This document shows positions 12,567 through 27,279 of a stretch of DNA of 64,000 bases, one piece after another. The notes beneath the pieces are model-generated. The model was not told the DNA's origin, ran no database searches, and saw only the letters and a list, made by a program, of their open reading frames with translations. How positions within the stretch are numbered: position 1 is the first letter of the stretch; every line of letters begins with the position of its first letter. Source of the DNA: Lama glama. Taxonomy: Eukaryota. Both the position numbers and the translations under genes were made by a program. The stretch lies in the NCBI GenBank assembly GCA_028534125.1, contig CM052818.1, positions 32,304,001-32,368,000 of the forward strand, in the 5' to 3' direction.

Positions 12567-14459
12567 ATTTCTCCCAAAGGAAGGAAAAAAGGGAAGGGAG
12601 AGAATAAAGGAGAAAAGAAGGAAGGAAACAAGAGGGAAGGAGGAAGTAAAATTAGAAGAAGCTAAAGAGAGGCCAGGGAAAGGAGCCCAAAACCATTCTA
12701 TTTTTTTCTCTTTGCTCAAAAGCATGACAGAAGAATTAGGGGAAACACAGTTTGGGGAACATTTTCTTAGCCCCCACTTCCAGAAATCTGGGCCACCTTC
12801 CAGATCCCATCATCCATATAGCATCTCTGATAAAAAACCAAAACTTCTTTCCAGCCGCCAATGCTAAGCTCCCAACCAAGTCCACTGTGGCCCCAGGGAG
12901 CCCATCCCTGTCTCAGCACCCTCTGCTCCCTCAGCTCCCCTCCAGCAGAGCCAGAGGGCACCCTCAGCCTCAGGGTAGCTCCCTTCCATTGTGGGCTGGT
13001 GGGAACCACATCCTGAATCAACCTACGACTTCGTTTCCATACAAATCTGATCAAGGGCACAGACATCTAACTTCTGGGAGATTTTGAAGGGCAAGGAATA
13101 ACAAAGCCAAGGCTACTTGGATAAAATACCCCACACCACATACCAAGTGTTATTATTATTACAGAAAATTAACTAGCAACAAAGGACTCTACGGTAAAAT
13201 TTACATTGATCTGACATTTTTTTCCCTGCTATCTCCCATAAAAATGCTTTAAATGCAGGCTGATTTAATGGAAACAATAAAAAATAGTGCTGAATGGTTT
13301 ATATTTGCTGCAGAATTACTACAAGGTCTATAATTTTTTTAAAAAAAACTTGAAAGTTATGTGTATTTTTTTCCTTTAGGATAAGATTAGGGAGAGAAGT
13401 GCAATTGGCTTTTTTTTTTTTTTCTCCTTATTGACCTAGACAAGCTCCCCCACAGGCTCAATCAGCTCCTTATTTCTAACGGATCTTCACACCTTCACAC
13501 CTAAGTCCGGACAGTTGTCAAGAGAGAGTCTTAGCAAAGGGACATGTGGAGGAATGTCAGCTGTGTGGACTGAGCCTTGACAGTGTTATTGCTCGGTAAT
13601 AATAATAATGACTGAGCTCCATGTGTAAAGGACATGGCTGATTGTCCAATTTATAGTGTTTCCATCATCCTTGATTCAACCCCTGAGTTTGGCTATCTCG
13701 GCGACAGCGTTAGTCGCTACCTGACTTGACCCTGTGACCACTACAGAACATGAGGATGACAACATCATTTAGCTTCAGGTCCCCAGCCATGTTCACCAGG
13801 GCCAGAAGTTGAAACAAAGATTCAGAAAGATATGGTTTCTGACCTCAAAAAGCTTAAAAGGGGAATTTAGGATGGTGTTCATGAAGACTATGGAGTCACA
13901 CAAACCTGGGTTTAAAACTCAGCTAGGAAGCAGAACATGCAGTGGGCTTCCAGTGAATGCTAACTGTGGTTGTTGATCATATTATTAGTGCTGTTGTTGT
14001 TGTTACTGGCATTGCTGCTGCTGTTAGTACTCATATTGTTGGTTATTAGTGGGCCCGTGTTGTAGAGAATATCCATGCCTCAGGTGGGACCTCTCCTAGT
14101 TGAGCACTGAGGTCCCCTCCATGTCTCAGTTACTATAATTCTTTGATTCCTTCTTTGGGTTCTAGGTTCATGGACAAAAGCTAATTTGATAGCTATTTCT
14201 GTGGGCCTGCCCCTTTAAAGATAGGGCTTGTGGGCAAATGGAGAGTGAAGAGGTATATGATGAACCAACCCTGAACTTCTCTTAACCCCCCAAAGTCCCT
14301 AGTCCTTAGGTTCCTCCTAACAGGGAAGGCATCATTATCACTTGAATGAATGACAGCTAACAATAATGAATTGACATGAACTTTCAAATTAACTTAGCTC
14401 CACTACAATATAAATTTTGACCGAGAATGTCAGATTCTTGTCTTGTTTTACAGAAATCT

Positions 14460-14545
14460 GTTCATGCATTTATTCCCTCATTCAACAAATATTTGTTGAG
14501 TGTCTGCAATGTATCAGGCACTGGAGACACACTGATGAATGATCC
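14460..14545 (-). mobile_element. LINE-2 3' end
   Basis: cattcaacaaatatttgttgagtgtctgcaatgtatcaggcactgg. Confidence 0.7.
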
Positions 14546-15359
14546 ATCACCCTAGCTTTGAGGAAGTGGAGGTTGTGGGGAGGGTAGTAAGACATAGGGG
14601 ACCTCCTTCCTGTCTCCCACCAGATGGAACGACCTGTTCTCCAAGTACATAGTCTGCATGCCCTCTGCTGATGTGCTCATGCCAGCCTCTCTTTCTGCAT
14701 TGCCCATTCCCCAGTTTCCCCTTCTGCCCCTTCTCCATGACCCATCCTCAGGTTACACCTCTGCTGATCACTGGATCTGGGACATCACTTTGCCCTCTGT
14801 GTTTCAATAGCACCTAGTGCCTGTGCCACTCACTCAGCTCCTCTATGACTGCCATTCTCTCTCAAATTCAGTATACTTTTTCTCACTAGTATGTAAGCTT
14901 CTAGAGTACAGAGCTAAATTCTAAATTCTTAGGATAATATGTTATCTAGTGTGCAACAGTGCACCAATAAATACCTGAGAAGTGGAATTCAGTTCAACAA
15001 GTTCTAATCAAAATCTTTTCACATCTTTTCACATGCTACGGGAAGATGCAAAGGTAAACAAGAGGATTTCCCTCCAAAGTGAGATGGGGGCCTTTTAGAG
15101 GGTTCTAAGAAGAATGTTGATCTGCTATTATAGTCCAATCCTAATATATTTTGTTGTAGGGGGTGTTTCAACCTAATTTCTTTTAACTGAAAATTTTTTC
15201 TGGTTTAAGCAAAAGGTGGCTGCTATTCATATGTTGTTAATGCCTTTCTCAATTTCTTCTACCGGCATTCCTCTCCCACTTGAATCTTGTAAGTGAGTTG
15301 AGATGCAGAGAGTTTCATGGACCAGTGCCATTCCATGAAAAAAGCTCTGGTCTTCTGGA

Positions 15360-15555
15360 AGAATAGCTCCCACTTATTGAGCCCCCAATAAGCATATCCC
15401 TTTGTGTACATCCTCAGACAAATCCTCATAGCAATCCAGCAAGCTAGACATTATGACCTCCACCTTAAAAATAAGGAAACAGGAGATGAGAGAAGTTAAA
15501 TCATTTGACTTAGTCGACACTGGGGCCGAGAATTGAATCTAGTCCTCCTGATACT
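15360..15555 (-). mobile_element. MIR SINE
   Basis: aataaggaaacaggagatgagagaagttaaatcatttg. Confidence 0.55.
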
Positions 15556-18500
15556 GCAGCAGGTAAAACCATCTCAGAAGGGCATGCCATTGACTAGCAT
15601 GTAGATTTGAGGGCTCACTTTTGTGAGCCAGCCCTACATCAACATCATGCCTATTGGAATATCCCACAGCAGTGGAGTACTACACATTCCTCTGTCTTGT
15701 CAACTGCCATTCATGGCCCTCAAGTGCTGTCAAAAAGTGCCCCTTCATTCTGGACTGAAAATAACTTGGTGCTTTCATTCTTTTGAGACACGACTGCCAA
15801 CCCTTCAGTCTCATCAGCAGCCTGCCTCACATCAGAAGTGCCAGGCAGTTTCCTATAAACATGTGGAGACTAACCTGGGATGGAGCAGTGTGAACCTTAG
15901 AGATTCTTTTTGGTTCCATGTCAGACTTTCTTATAATTTTTTAGTTTTCTGTGTGCATTTTCTGACAAGGTATTTCACTATCTGGCTGGCCTGTCTATCC
16001 TCAAAACTCAGACTGGTGATTCCCTGTGGCAATGCTAAGTAGATATACCCTTCTTTATCTCTGTGATTCTAGTGATATGAAATGTGACCGAATGTACCAG
16101 CTGATCCAGAGGTCACATTGTCTCCTGTTCTTGCAGTCTAGGAGCAATCATATATTTGATTTTAATCTTAGGTCTGCAGGTAGCCAAATGTGTGACCTTG
16201 AATAAATCTCTCCAATTCTCTAAGGGGATGGAACTGAGTCTCTTTGGAGAAATAAGTCTGTAATTCTTTGACTAATCATTCTTATTCCACCTTCTGTAGA
16301 ATGTTATCAGTCCATTGCAGTTTCAGGGGTTATGGTAAAGTATTTTGTTGCTAGGACGCAGGTGATCTGCTAGAGAAATACAGGCATCAGATCAGTCTGA
16401 GACCTTGAAGAACTTTTAATTCAGTGGCCGCATTTTGCTAATGAAGCAACTGAAGCCCAGGGAGGTACAGGGACTAACCCTACCTCATGCAAATCTAGGA
16501 CCAGAATCTGGGACTCAGCTCCCAACTTAGTGGCCTTTGTACATACTACTTCCAGCCTCCAAGTATTATTCACAAACCAATTTATTCATTAATCATTCAT
16601 TCACAAATCTAATTTATTAATTATGATGTAGCCTCTCAGCAAAAATATGTAGTCAATTTTTTTCTTAGCAAATTCACACAAAGTTGGAGACACTTTCTCT
16701 GGTTGAGAATACAATTAATCAAAAAACATCGAAAAAATTTAGGCATTCAGAGTAAAGTGACTTATTCAAAGTCATCAGGCAAATAAATGGTGGGCAGAGC
16801 CAGAACTGGAAGTGGAGAGCTCCAGAGAGACAACTGGAAGATAATGGATGGTGACAGGCCGTCCATACAGTGTTTCTGGCTTCCCGAAGCCCAGATGGAC
16901 TCCCCACACTGTCCTATTGATTGATTGAAGCACCAGTGCTAAGAGGGCCACAAATCCCAGCACGTGGTAACAAACAGCTGCATGTTTGTTTCTAGGAGAC
17001 TCTGGGTTAGAACAAAACCTTCCCCCTTGCAAGCCCAAGTAGAGTTGCCAGCAGCCAAAGAGGAAAACAGGACCCTAATGAGGGAGTTTCATGACTACTG
17101 GAATGTAAGCAAAGAAAATGCAGGCAGACAGGAAAGAGAGCTTGGATTTGTTTTTCACAGGGTTTTTGCCATCTCTTAAACAAATCTGACCCTAGGTATA
17201 AGCTTGCCCTTTTTCAGTCCCAACATCCCTGGTTACAAAATCACGTTTGGCAACTGCTCTGAAAGTTATTAAAGTTGCGGCAGTAAACTATGGGAAGCCA
17301 GAGAATTTCAGACAAAAGTTATTGCATCAGTAACTCAGAAACTAATTCCTAAAACTCTTGACACATTTATCCAGAGGGCTAGTGCCAATATAGAAATGGA
17401 AATCATTGTCAAGGGCCACTGTGTACCTGGAATTAAAATCCATCATTCCTCAGAGCAGAGAGCTATGATTTTGGAAGAATATGAATAGTCATGCTTTTCA
17501 CCACCATCTTTCCTCAAAAATAGGGTCCTTTATTTTTCAGAAGAAGAAGAAAAATTCTGCTCTCTTTGTTTTTTTTTTCTTAAAAAACCCCTCATTTACA
17601 TTTTCTTTTCAAATATTTTTTTTCTTTGACAGTCCCACATTTAAACAAAAAGTCCTCTTTTTCCTTACTCAATTGCACTGGTTTTATTTTGGATAGAAAT
17701 CCTGCTGGGTACAGTAACAGAACAAACTTTACAACAGCAATAATCCCTTCTACAGCATCTATTGGGAAATTTCATACACTTTTATTAAATGGCTGAGGCA
17801 TTGGCCCCAGTGATCTGAATTAACTACAGAAGAGCATGGATAAGGAACAAAACTGCCTTCTTCATTCAGCAGACTCCCAGCAAGGAGTTGAGCTCCATGG
17901 GCTGCACGCCCAGCAACATGGCAGGGCCAGAGACACAAAACTGCCACCCAGGAACACCCCACTGAAGACCATTGATTGCTTTAGGCAGTGCCTTCATCAC
18001 AAAAAGTTAGCAGATGGAAAAGATTTGATGGGATCCAGTGTTAGCAAGCAAATAGAAAAATAGGCCCTCTGATTCACTGTTGAAGAATCGGCAATATCCT
18101 CAGAGTTTTAGATGTACATACACTTTCACCCAGGTTCTAAGAATTTGTCTAAGGCAATATTTACATAAGTACACAGGGCTAGCTTCAGCATGATCATAGA
18201 GAGCAAAAACCAAGAGCAATGCACAAGTCATTAAAAATGCAATCATTGACCTGATCATGTAATTTATATTTATTGTCACATGACATACCATTGAGTGGCA
18301 GAAGTGTAGTCACAGAGAACATTGTATGCGTGACCTTATTTGCATAAAACTGTAGCTAAAAAGCTGGTCATGGAGGTTTTCACCATGGTTGTCTCTGGAT
18401 GAGCTTCTGGGTGATTTTTGCTTTCCTTTACCAACTTTTCTGAATGGTTGAATTTTTCATATTTTTTTATAATGAACAGCATCACTTTATACTTGGGGTC

Positions 18501-18609
18501 GGACAATGCTTTAAAAAATCTTTTCAACAGAAAGCTAGTCTTTCCCTAAGTTCCTTAGCACTAGTGTCATACCTAAGCCCAATCTAGTGGTAAGATACTG
18601 TGAAACATT

Positions 18610-18740
18610 GTTATGAGTTCATGGGTGTAGCCATATGTCAAAACTCATCAATTTATACACTTTAATTCATCAAATTGTACACTTTTAGTACATGTGATTT
18701 ACTGTATGTCAGTTATACCTCAATAAAATTGTTTTTTAAA
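18610..18740 (+). mobile_element. Old L1M (L1MD/ME-like) 3' end
   Basis: catatgtcaaaactcatc...tgtatgtcagttatacctcaataaa. Confidence 0.7.
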
Positions 18741-19324
18741 GGAAAGAAAATATGAAATAGTCTAGGTAATTTCCATTCTCCACGCAAAATTGTTAAAATC
18801 ACTATATATATATATACACACACACACATACCCGAATCAATGTTGGAAAGTAAATTTGATGTTCCAATCAGTGACAGGAGGCTATTCCAAGAGGTTAATA
18901 GCCTGAGTGAGGTGTAAAAATGTTCATTTAGCTTATTCTCTGTTCTCCAATGGTGTCAGTGTCCTTGATTATAGATACATGCAGAACTCACCATTTGACC
19001 TGCTTCCTTCTTCTCCCCTTTGCACCTTTTTGCAGAGTCCACATCAATCTTAGGTAACTTTTACCCCAAAATACATGCTTCAGTGCACTTTAATTTTCCT
19101 GCAGTAAATAAATGGCACTTGCTAGCTTCCCTTAAGTAACTCTATAGCAAACCTGAGGGTTCTGAGACTTGGGTATCAGATAAAATTCTAAAATGAAGCA
19201 TTCATTCCAGAGATAATTATGAATATACTGATAAATGTTTTGAAGATGATTTCTTCACTCTTCTGGCAGCTCTGCTCAGGTATATATATATATTCGTTTC
19301 CTGTAAGACTAGCTACTGAAATAG

Positions 19325-19741
<417 letters not shown>

Positions 19742-20024
19742 TGAATCTTGACTTTCCCCTCCACTCCTTGGTATCTTGTTGTCTTAAGTGGGTCAATAAC
19801 TTGCCAACATGATTAGCTGAGAACGTACACACTTACATAGAAGTCTACAGTGCTCTGGGGCTGATCCTGAATATTACCAAGTGTTCCATAGCCCAGAAGA
19901 TCAATTTTCAAAGATCGAGTATAACATTGTATCTGCTTAACCTAAAACTTTATCAAACAGAATACAGCCTTTGTTAGATAACACATTAGCTTAACTTCCC
20001 TGGATGCCACATGCTTTCAGCTAT

Positions 20025-20160
20025 GTTTTTGTTTTGTTTTGTGGAAATTTTCAAATGTATACAGGTGAACAGAATAGTGCAATGAACCCCATATATCCTC
20101 AACCCAGTTTCAACAATTATCAACATTCTGCCGTTTTTGTTTCACCTATATCTCTACCTA
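20025..20160 (-). mobile_element. L1MC-like 3' end fragment
   Basis: ggaaattttcaaatgtatacag...aatgaacccc...cccagtttcaacaattatcaac. Confidence 0.65.
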
Positions 20161-22518
20161 CTTCTCTCTCCACCAACTTGATAGTGATTATTATTTTACT
20201 TCTTTTTCCTGAGGTGAAACTTACAACTAAGTATTTTTAATGATTTGATTTAAGCTGTTATTAAGGGACAATATGGGAAATGGTTATATGTGAAATGTTT
20301 TGCTCATTTGGTAAAAATCATTAGGGCATGGTTGACTGTGTCATTGAATTCCTTTTGTATAAGCCCAACATTGTGAATTTATTTCAAGATTTATTACCAA
20401 GAGAAGGCATCTCTCTCCTGAAGAGTAATTTGATGTTTTTTTTTCTTTTTGCCTTTGTTGCCAGGAAACTCTGAACTAAATGCAATACTTAATCACAATA
20501 AGTATACCTGTGTAGTTTCAGGATAAGCTTATTTTCCCCTCCCTCTACAGAGTCTTTGATCTTCTATTCCTATTTTGAAGATCGTATATAATATGTCTTT
20601 AACTAGGCATTGCTTGAAGTCTGATTAGTGAGCAGGATGAGATAGATCATTATTACATATATCTTCCCTTGATTCTTCAGAAAATCGAGGGTCATAATTA
20701 TAAACATCCTTTATTGTTTCCCACATATGGAGTGTATGGGAGATGGGCTTGAATTATGCAAAGCTTCAGGAAAAAAGCTGCTTTCATGACCACTATTCTG
20801 CTGTGCCCACCTCTTAGCTCCCACCTGTGCCATGGAACCTGTGGTCTGGGAGGCCCAAGAAAAGAGTATGGCAGGAGGGAAGCCTGTGGTGCTCCCAGAC
20901 TTAACTTCTCAATGTAGACTGTTTATGAACAACCATAAAGGCCCATAACACACAGCCATCTGTTTCATGTAGAGGTTTGGTTTTGTTTCTGGAGCTGGTG
21001 TACAAAAGGGACTCCCTAAGGTGGGGAGCCCACTGACCACCAAGCTTCTTACATTGCTGCAGCTCTTCATTCATTGCTGGTCTTGCAAGAACTTTCACAA
21101 AGTGGTTTTTTTCCCTTTAATCAAAACTGGTTGATGTGTGGGAAAAAGAAAAATCACCATAACATGATAGATTGAACTTTAGTTCAAGTTGAAAAGGTGG
21201 TTACCCTGTGCTGTGAGGCACTGTACAAGAAACATGTGGTTTGGGAGAAAGCCAGGAGCTTGTACAAATGTTTCTGCACTCACGAACTTGGCAATTTGTG
21301 AGCGTCTCTGGACATCATCAATCCTCACAAATGTCAAGGGTCCGTGTACCGTCCAAAAAGAGGCCATGTGTTGAAATGGAGCCAGTTAACAGAAATGTGT
21401 CAGGGAGAAGATATCAGTTCCCAGAACTGACCTAATCTCATTTGAGCAATGTCAGGAGAAGGGACTAAGAGACTGCAAAACTCCAGGTATCAGGCCCAGC
21501 CACAAATACTCCTGCAAAGTTTCTTTGCACGTTTGAAGGATCTCACCCAGTGCATGTTTTTCCTCCCTGACTCCTACAACTTCCTTTCACCTACAAAGTT
21601 CTTCCTCTGTAGTTTGTTACATTTGCAATGATCTGTTGCACAGTTTAAAAGACCTGTTTCTTTCCTGCTTCTCTATCCTTATGAAACCAAGAGAGTTGAC
21701 CTCTCTAAATTTCTCTAATGATCCAGAAAGTGTTTCTTCTGGCAAGACACTCTCTTAAGGAGGGAGAAAAGAATTCCACCTCTGATTCCCTAGGGAAAGT
21801 GGATTGTCCAAGAGACTTGGGAAGGTTCTCCTGTCCTAGCTCCTTCAGAGGCTCCAAGTCCAAGAACAGAGGGTCTCCATGAGGAAGCAGGTGTTCTGCA
21901 CTCCTTCTCTGACTTGGAACCCTGTGGCCACCAAGGGGTGTGAAGGGGCCACTGTGGATGTGTAAGTCAGAGAGCACAGAGGTATAAAGTGGTCCCAGTG
22001 TTTCTTGAGACCTTCTAACTCTTCTTCCCATAATGGAACAAAATCAGGTGCACGTCAGTTGGTGTGGACAAATTGCAAACATAGGAAGCATCCTAAAACT
22101 ACCCTCATATATTTAAAGGGAAGGAGTTGTTTTGGCGACATACCCATATCTATTTGATGTAGACAGACATCTGTGTCTTCTGAGGTCATTGCTTTAGTTA
22201 GGTCATGAAGGGGAGGAGCTAGAAGGAGAGAAGTAGTATCTTTGAGGGAGGTGAGGACTGGTGACATGTTACCAGGATTGTACATAGGTTTACAGGATGT
22301 CTGGTCTACTTTCTATAGAACTCCACAGTCCTTCCTTGTCCCGCATGAAAAGAGGTGCCATTTTAATTCAACTGGAGAAGGCTTACAGGGGACGTTGTGA
22401 CAATTCTTGCATAGGAAAAGATACCTATTTGTGGGTGCTGTCAAGGCGGAGGTCACATCTCTTTCCTTTCTGAATTCCGACACCTGTCACAGCGTGTAAC
22501 AGTTGATAGGTGCTCAGT

Positions 22519-22765
22519 TAATAATCAGTCACGGCTAACATCTGTGGAGCACTTGCCGTGTGCTGATCCCTTTCCTGTGTTAGTTATCTCCTGCGAGGTT
22601 TACAATAATACTGTAAAGTAGGTGCTGTTGTCCTCATTTTACACATGGGGAAACTGAATCTCACAGAAGTTTCTAAAGTTGCCATAGCCATTCATCTAGG
22701 GAAAGGTAGAGTCAAACTCAACCCCAAATCAGTTTGATCACCAAGCCAGTATTTCTGTCCATTAC
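22519..22765 (-). mobile_element. MIR SINE
   Basis: cctcattttacacatggggaaactgaatctcacagaagtt. Confidence 0.75.
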
Positions 22766-22814
22766 CTTCTGCTGCCTTAGTGGAAGGTGTAAAGGCTGGG
22801 GTTTTACTTATTAC

Positions 22815-23740
22815 TGGAAACCTTAGAATTATCTTTGCCTCCTCCTCTTATCCTTACATCCCGAGGGCCAAGCCCTGGGCTCTAGGCTAGTGGCTTTCTT
22901 GCTGTCTGTCTGCTGCTATCTAGATGCTACTGTTACTGCTTCTCAAATTTATCCTTCTGACTTCATTTCATTTTCTCTGCCATGTGCTTTATCCAGGCCT
23001 TCATATATGCATACTGGGACTTGGGCAACAGCCAACTGGTCTCCCTGATACCATTATTTTTCACACATTACCAGATGAATCTCCCCCCAAATTCCCTTTC
23101 CTGTGGCACTTCCATGAGCCTTTAGTAACTTCTTATTGTCTATCATATCAGAAATATGTGAACTAGAGTGGACCACCTCACTCATTTCCTGGGGCCAGGA
23201 AAATGATGGGCTGGGGATCAACCATCTTGTTGATGGTAGAACTGGGATTAACATCAGGACCATCTTGACTCTGACCTTGATATTTTCACCACTGCTCAAT
23301 CCTGCCTGGAAAGCCCCAGTGTCTCTGCCTCATTTCCAAGGTCCTTTACAATCTTGCCTCTCCACACCTGTCCAATGTCATGCCCTCCATTCTCCCACAC
23401 CTCCTGTTCTCTTGTCAGGCTGCGTTTCTATAAACTATGCCAGAAGTAGCCTACTTGGTCCCAGGCCTTTCATTTTGAACACTGACTCATCATTTAAGAT
23501 CCAACTTGCGGCCCAAACCCTCCAGAATATCATTTGCAGCTAAAGAATTCTTGGAGGACTTTACTCTTTGCATCTAAGTTTAGTAGCTGTTTTATACTTA
23601 TTTCTCAATTATTCATTTTGGCACCCTAACTTGAGTTTCAGAACCTTGTCTTATATTTCTTCTATTTCTCCAGGGGACAGTTAACACCGTGCTAAACACA
23701 TAAGAAACACGATGTAAATACTTGCTGATTGACTGGTTAA
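22815..23740 (+). mobile_element. Fragmented LINE-2
   Basis: L2-type blocks: aaaccttagaattatctttg, ccaggccttcat...actggtctccctg, ctcatcatttaagatccaact, and tail aaatacttgctgattgact. Confidence 0.55.
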
Positions 23741-24124
23741 TCAATCAATTGATAAATGCTGCTCCTGCTTTTATAACTTTGGGCCATTCCCCTACTACTC
23801 CCAAAAGAATGTAGCAGTGAGCAGAAATTACTTGGAAGAGGCTTCCCCCTCATCTTAAAAGAGCAGTATGTATACTCAGCACTGGTGGGAGTGCTGTCAG
23901 CCCCTAGAGACACGCATGTCCAGGCTCCCAGGGAACCCTTAACCCTTGCACAAAGACCTTTCTTCAGCAGAAAACCCAGAGCAATAAGATTGTGCAGGAC
24001 ACTCATCAGGGTCCTCATTTTCAGAGGAGCTGACGGGAAAACACATGTCAAAGTGGGTAGCACTAGCATCTTGGAAAGGATTTGAAAAGGATCATTGTGC
24101 CTCTGAGCAGCTCATAAAGATGCA

Positions 24125-24365
24125 TATTGCAGACATCCACCTAGCACCTTCTATGTGCCAGGTCCTTTTCTAAGCACATTGTATTCATTAACTCATTTAA
24201 TCCTTACAGCAATGCTGTGAGATACGCATTATTATTATCATCATTCCCATTTATGGATGGGGAAATTGAGGCACAGAGACCTAAGAAATTTACCCAAAGC
24301 CTCACAGCTGATATTGGAATGGAGGCCCACTGGATCCAGCATCCGTGCTCTTAGCTACCACACAT
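24125..24365 (-). mobile_element. MIR SINE, near full length
   Basis: tatgtgccagg...aactcatttaatccttacagcaa...gatggggaaattgaggcacagaga. Confidence 0.85.
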
Positions 24366-26799
24366 TGATGCTACCTATGTAAGGTCACTGCTGGAAAGGA
24401 CCCCAGAAAGCATCTAATCTGGCTCCTTCATATGGAAATTGAATGCGCTGAATGCACAAATACCCAAAGATTTACCTTGAACTTTGACACACTAAATTAA
24501 TGATTAGCCCAGTGTGCTTTCTACCTCCGTCTCATGGTTGTCAAGTTCTCAGTTTTTCCAGGAAGCCAATTAGGAATTTCCCTCTCCCTGCTCAGATTTG
24601 TCAAAAGCAGTGTAAGTGGACCACCACCCCTGATCAACAGCGGGCCCTCATCCGTGAACATCAGGGAGCTTCAAATGGCTCCTGGGTAAGCCTGAATGCA
24701 TTTTATTGCAGGTCACCAAGGTTCCCCTTCTCTTTCATGAAGATCCTGCTGGGGTGCTGCTTGTTTTTGTTCTCAAACCACAGCCCTTGACACACCCTCC
24801 AAATCAGTTTTTATGAAATACAGTTTGAGAACCACTGGACAGTCTGATTTTTAACTCTCCTATTGACTCCAGCTTTTTGATCCCATTATTCTGTACTGGT
24901 TTAAAATGTGATAGCCAAAAATTGTTACATTAACCATACCTTCTTTAAGTGATTGACTAAGCACAAGGCTGTTGTACTTGGAATATGGGACATTTTTACA
25001 AGTTAGGTTCTTATCACTGTGCCTGGCTTTGAGATGCTAAGTATGGAATTAGTATGAATGCTTCCAGTAAAAAATGTGTGGCATCTCCCAACCTTGTCTC
25101 CTCTCTCTCTTCTTACTTTACCAAAAACAGTTATGGGCAGTGGAGGATGTCTTCCTTAGACCAAGAGGGGACAGGAGTAAATGAGAGACACTAAATGGAC
25201 AGATTTTAATCTTCGGATAGCCATGTGGAACCAATTAGCCTCTAGAGTAGGCTCCAGAATCCAGCTGGGTAAAATGAGGGATAACCTCATGGGTTCCTGG
25301 CAGCCTGGCCCAAACTGGGCATTTTCTGTTCCAAAAGCAAGCAGTGCCACAGCAGGATCCTCAGTCTGTGCTTGTAAAACCAAGATTGCTATGGCACTCT
25401 GTCTTGGGGCTGCCAGCAGAAAGCTCTGCGTGTAGCAGACTCGTCCATCCAGCGATCCATGCATTCACTCATTCATTTGACAGACATTTACCGAGTGATG
25501 CTAAACTGAACATGTAGTGACACTGATATAAATTTGTTTCTCTTCTGGAACTGGGTTTTGGTGTGGTGGCTTTAAGATCTCCATTCTACTTGGCACAAAC
25601 ACTGCTCTCCAAAGGGCATTCCTGATTTACATTTAATTTGCACTGGAGGTATTGAATAAGTGTTTTATTTGTAGGATGTCTTCTGCCAAACTAGTTGCAA
25701 TAGGCCTTTCTCAGAAAGACCACACAATGAGCACTGAACCAGCAATCAAGGGATTTAAGTCCCCTTTCCACCTCTTATTTCCATAGACTAGCCAACATTG
25801 TAGATCAGAGGGACATTAAAAGTCTCCTCCAGAATTGGCACACTGATTGTTTTTTAATTTGAAATAGGAATAACAGTATATCAGTGGCTGTCCTGAAATT
25901 GACCTTGTGAGGGTAAACAGAGAAGAGGGCTGTGGAGATATGTTGTAATGATGCCCTGAGCTACCTGCTTCTCTGCCCTCACCTGGCCTGAAACCTTTAA
26001 AAATGAAGTTGCTCCCTCTCTGCCTCTTGGTTTCTCATGGAGAAACTACTATTCACAGAAATACATGGGCTCTTCTGACACCTTCTGCAAAATGTTTCGT
26101 GTCAGTGATAGCCAAATGTCAAGCGAGTGATGAGAGCCACAGCACTGCCAACCTGACACCAGCACCAGGGGGCCCACCACCTGGGTTAGTCACTTCAAGG
26201 GACTGAATCAACTCTGTGGTAGTGGGAGCTATAGCTTGGAAGGAAAAGCCAAGGAGAAATTGGAGCCACAGCGTAGTGTCCTCGCTGAGTTCTGATTGTG
26301 TCCTCCAGGTAGAGGGTGAACCCCGTTTACCAAACATGCTCCTTAACACCCTGTTTCTAAAACATCTTGCCCATAATTATCTGTGGACTGTACTGTTTAA
26401 AAGATAAGCATTAAAATGAGGATTTCATCTAGCCAAGATACACTCACATTTCCCCAGACGCCTCCCCACCTCAAGCTTTTTCTCCAGCTATGCCCCCTCT
26501 CCCTCATTCCTGATAGCTGCCTCTCCCAGTCCTGTACTTCTTTCAGATCTCAGCTCAAATACTATTTTCTCTAAGAAGGCTCAGCTCAGAATTAGGGCTC
26601 CATATATTTCTGTTTTAGAATGGTCTACTTCTTTCCAGAGTTATTTATGTGTCTTGCTCAATAGATGCTAGGTTCTGTTTTTAAAAAGATCGTGTCTTTT
26701 TGAAAAATCTCTGTGTCCCAATTAACAACTAACAGTGGTTTTCCCACGGTAAGGACTGAATAAAGGTTTTCTTGTTATGATGCAAAAGAGAGATTACAA

Positions 26800-26982
26800 G
26801 CTTTGGAATCAAACAGAATGAGCGTGGAATTCCAGCTCCATCCCTTACCAGAAGAGTGGTTTTTTATCCATGAGTTTGGGTTTTCTCAAATGGGGCTAGT
26901 AATATGTCATTATAGGTTTGTTTGGAAATTAAGACTGATATTGTGTGTAGAGCCCCAGCACAGTGCTTGGCACAGTAAATAC
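26800..26982 (+). mobile_element. MIR SINE (preceded by an L2 fragment at about 26500-26770)
   Basis: aaatggggctagtaat...cagcacagtgcttggcacagtaaata. Confidence 0.6.
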
Positions 26983-27114
26983 CATTGCCTTCTCTCTCCC
27001 ATGTCCCCTGGTTGAGCCAAGTTACCTTATTCTGGAACCAGGACTGAATAATTCTGCACAACAAGCCCAGGGAATATGTTTGCAAGTTCACACCCACTTT
27101 TCACTTATTTTTTG

Positions 27115-27272
27115 TTTTAATGTATTACCTTTTTAATAACATATTTTATTTAATTGTAAATTTATAGAATTTAATTTTCAATAATAACTGTTTACCAGCT
27201 AGCTCACAAAATTCCTGAAAATTTAACAATCAGCTCTTGCCAGTGAGTACAAGTTGGCTGTAGTCCACCACG
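27115..27272 (-). mobile_element. MER63-like hAT-Blackjack DNA transposon fragment
   Basis: gctcacaaaattcctgaaaatttaacaatcagctcttg is the reverse complement of the MER63 5' end as I recall it. Confidence 0.75.
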
Positions 27273-27279
27273 GCACTGT

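Noticed and set aside
16081..16119. 9-bp inverted repeat aatgtgacc/ggtcacatt
   Set aside because: Too short; expected by chance in 64 kb.
26162..26175. CTCF-like motif GCACCAGGGGGCCC (also CCACCAGATGGAAC near 14618)
   Set aside because: Imperfect matches of this kind are expected by chance and cannot be supported without a PWM score or ChIP data.
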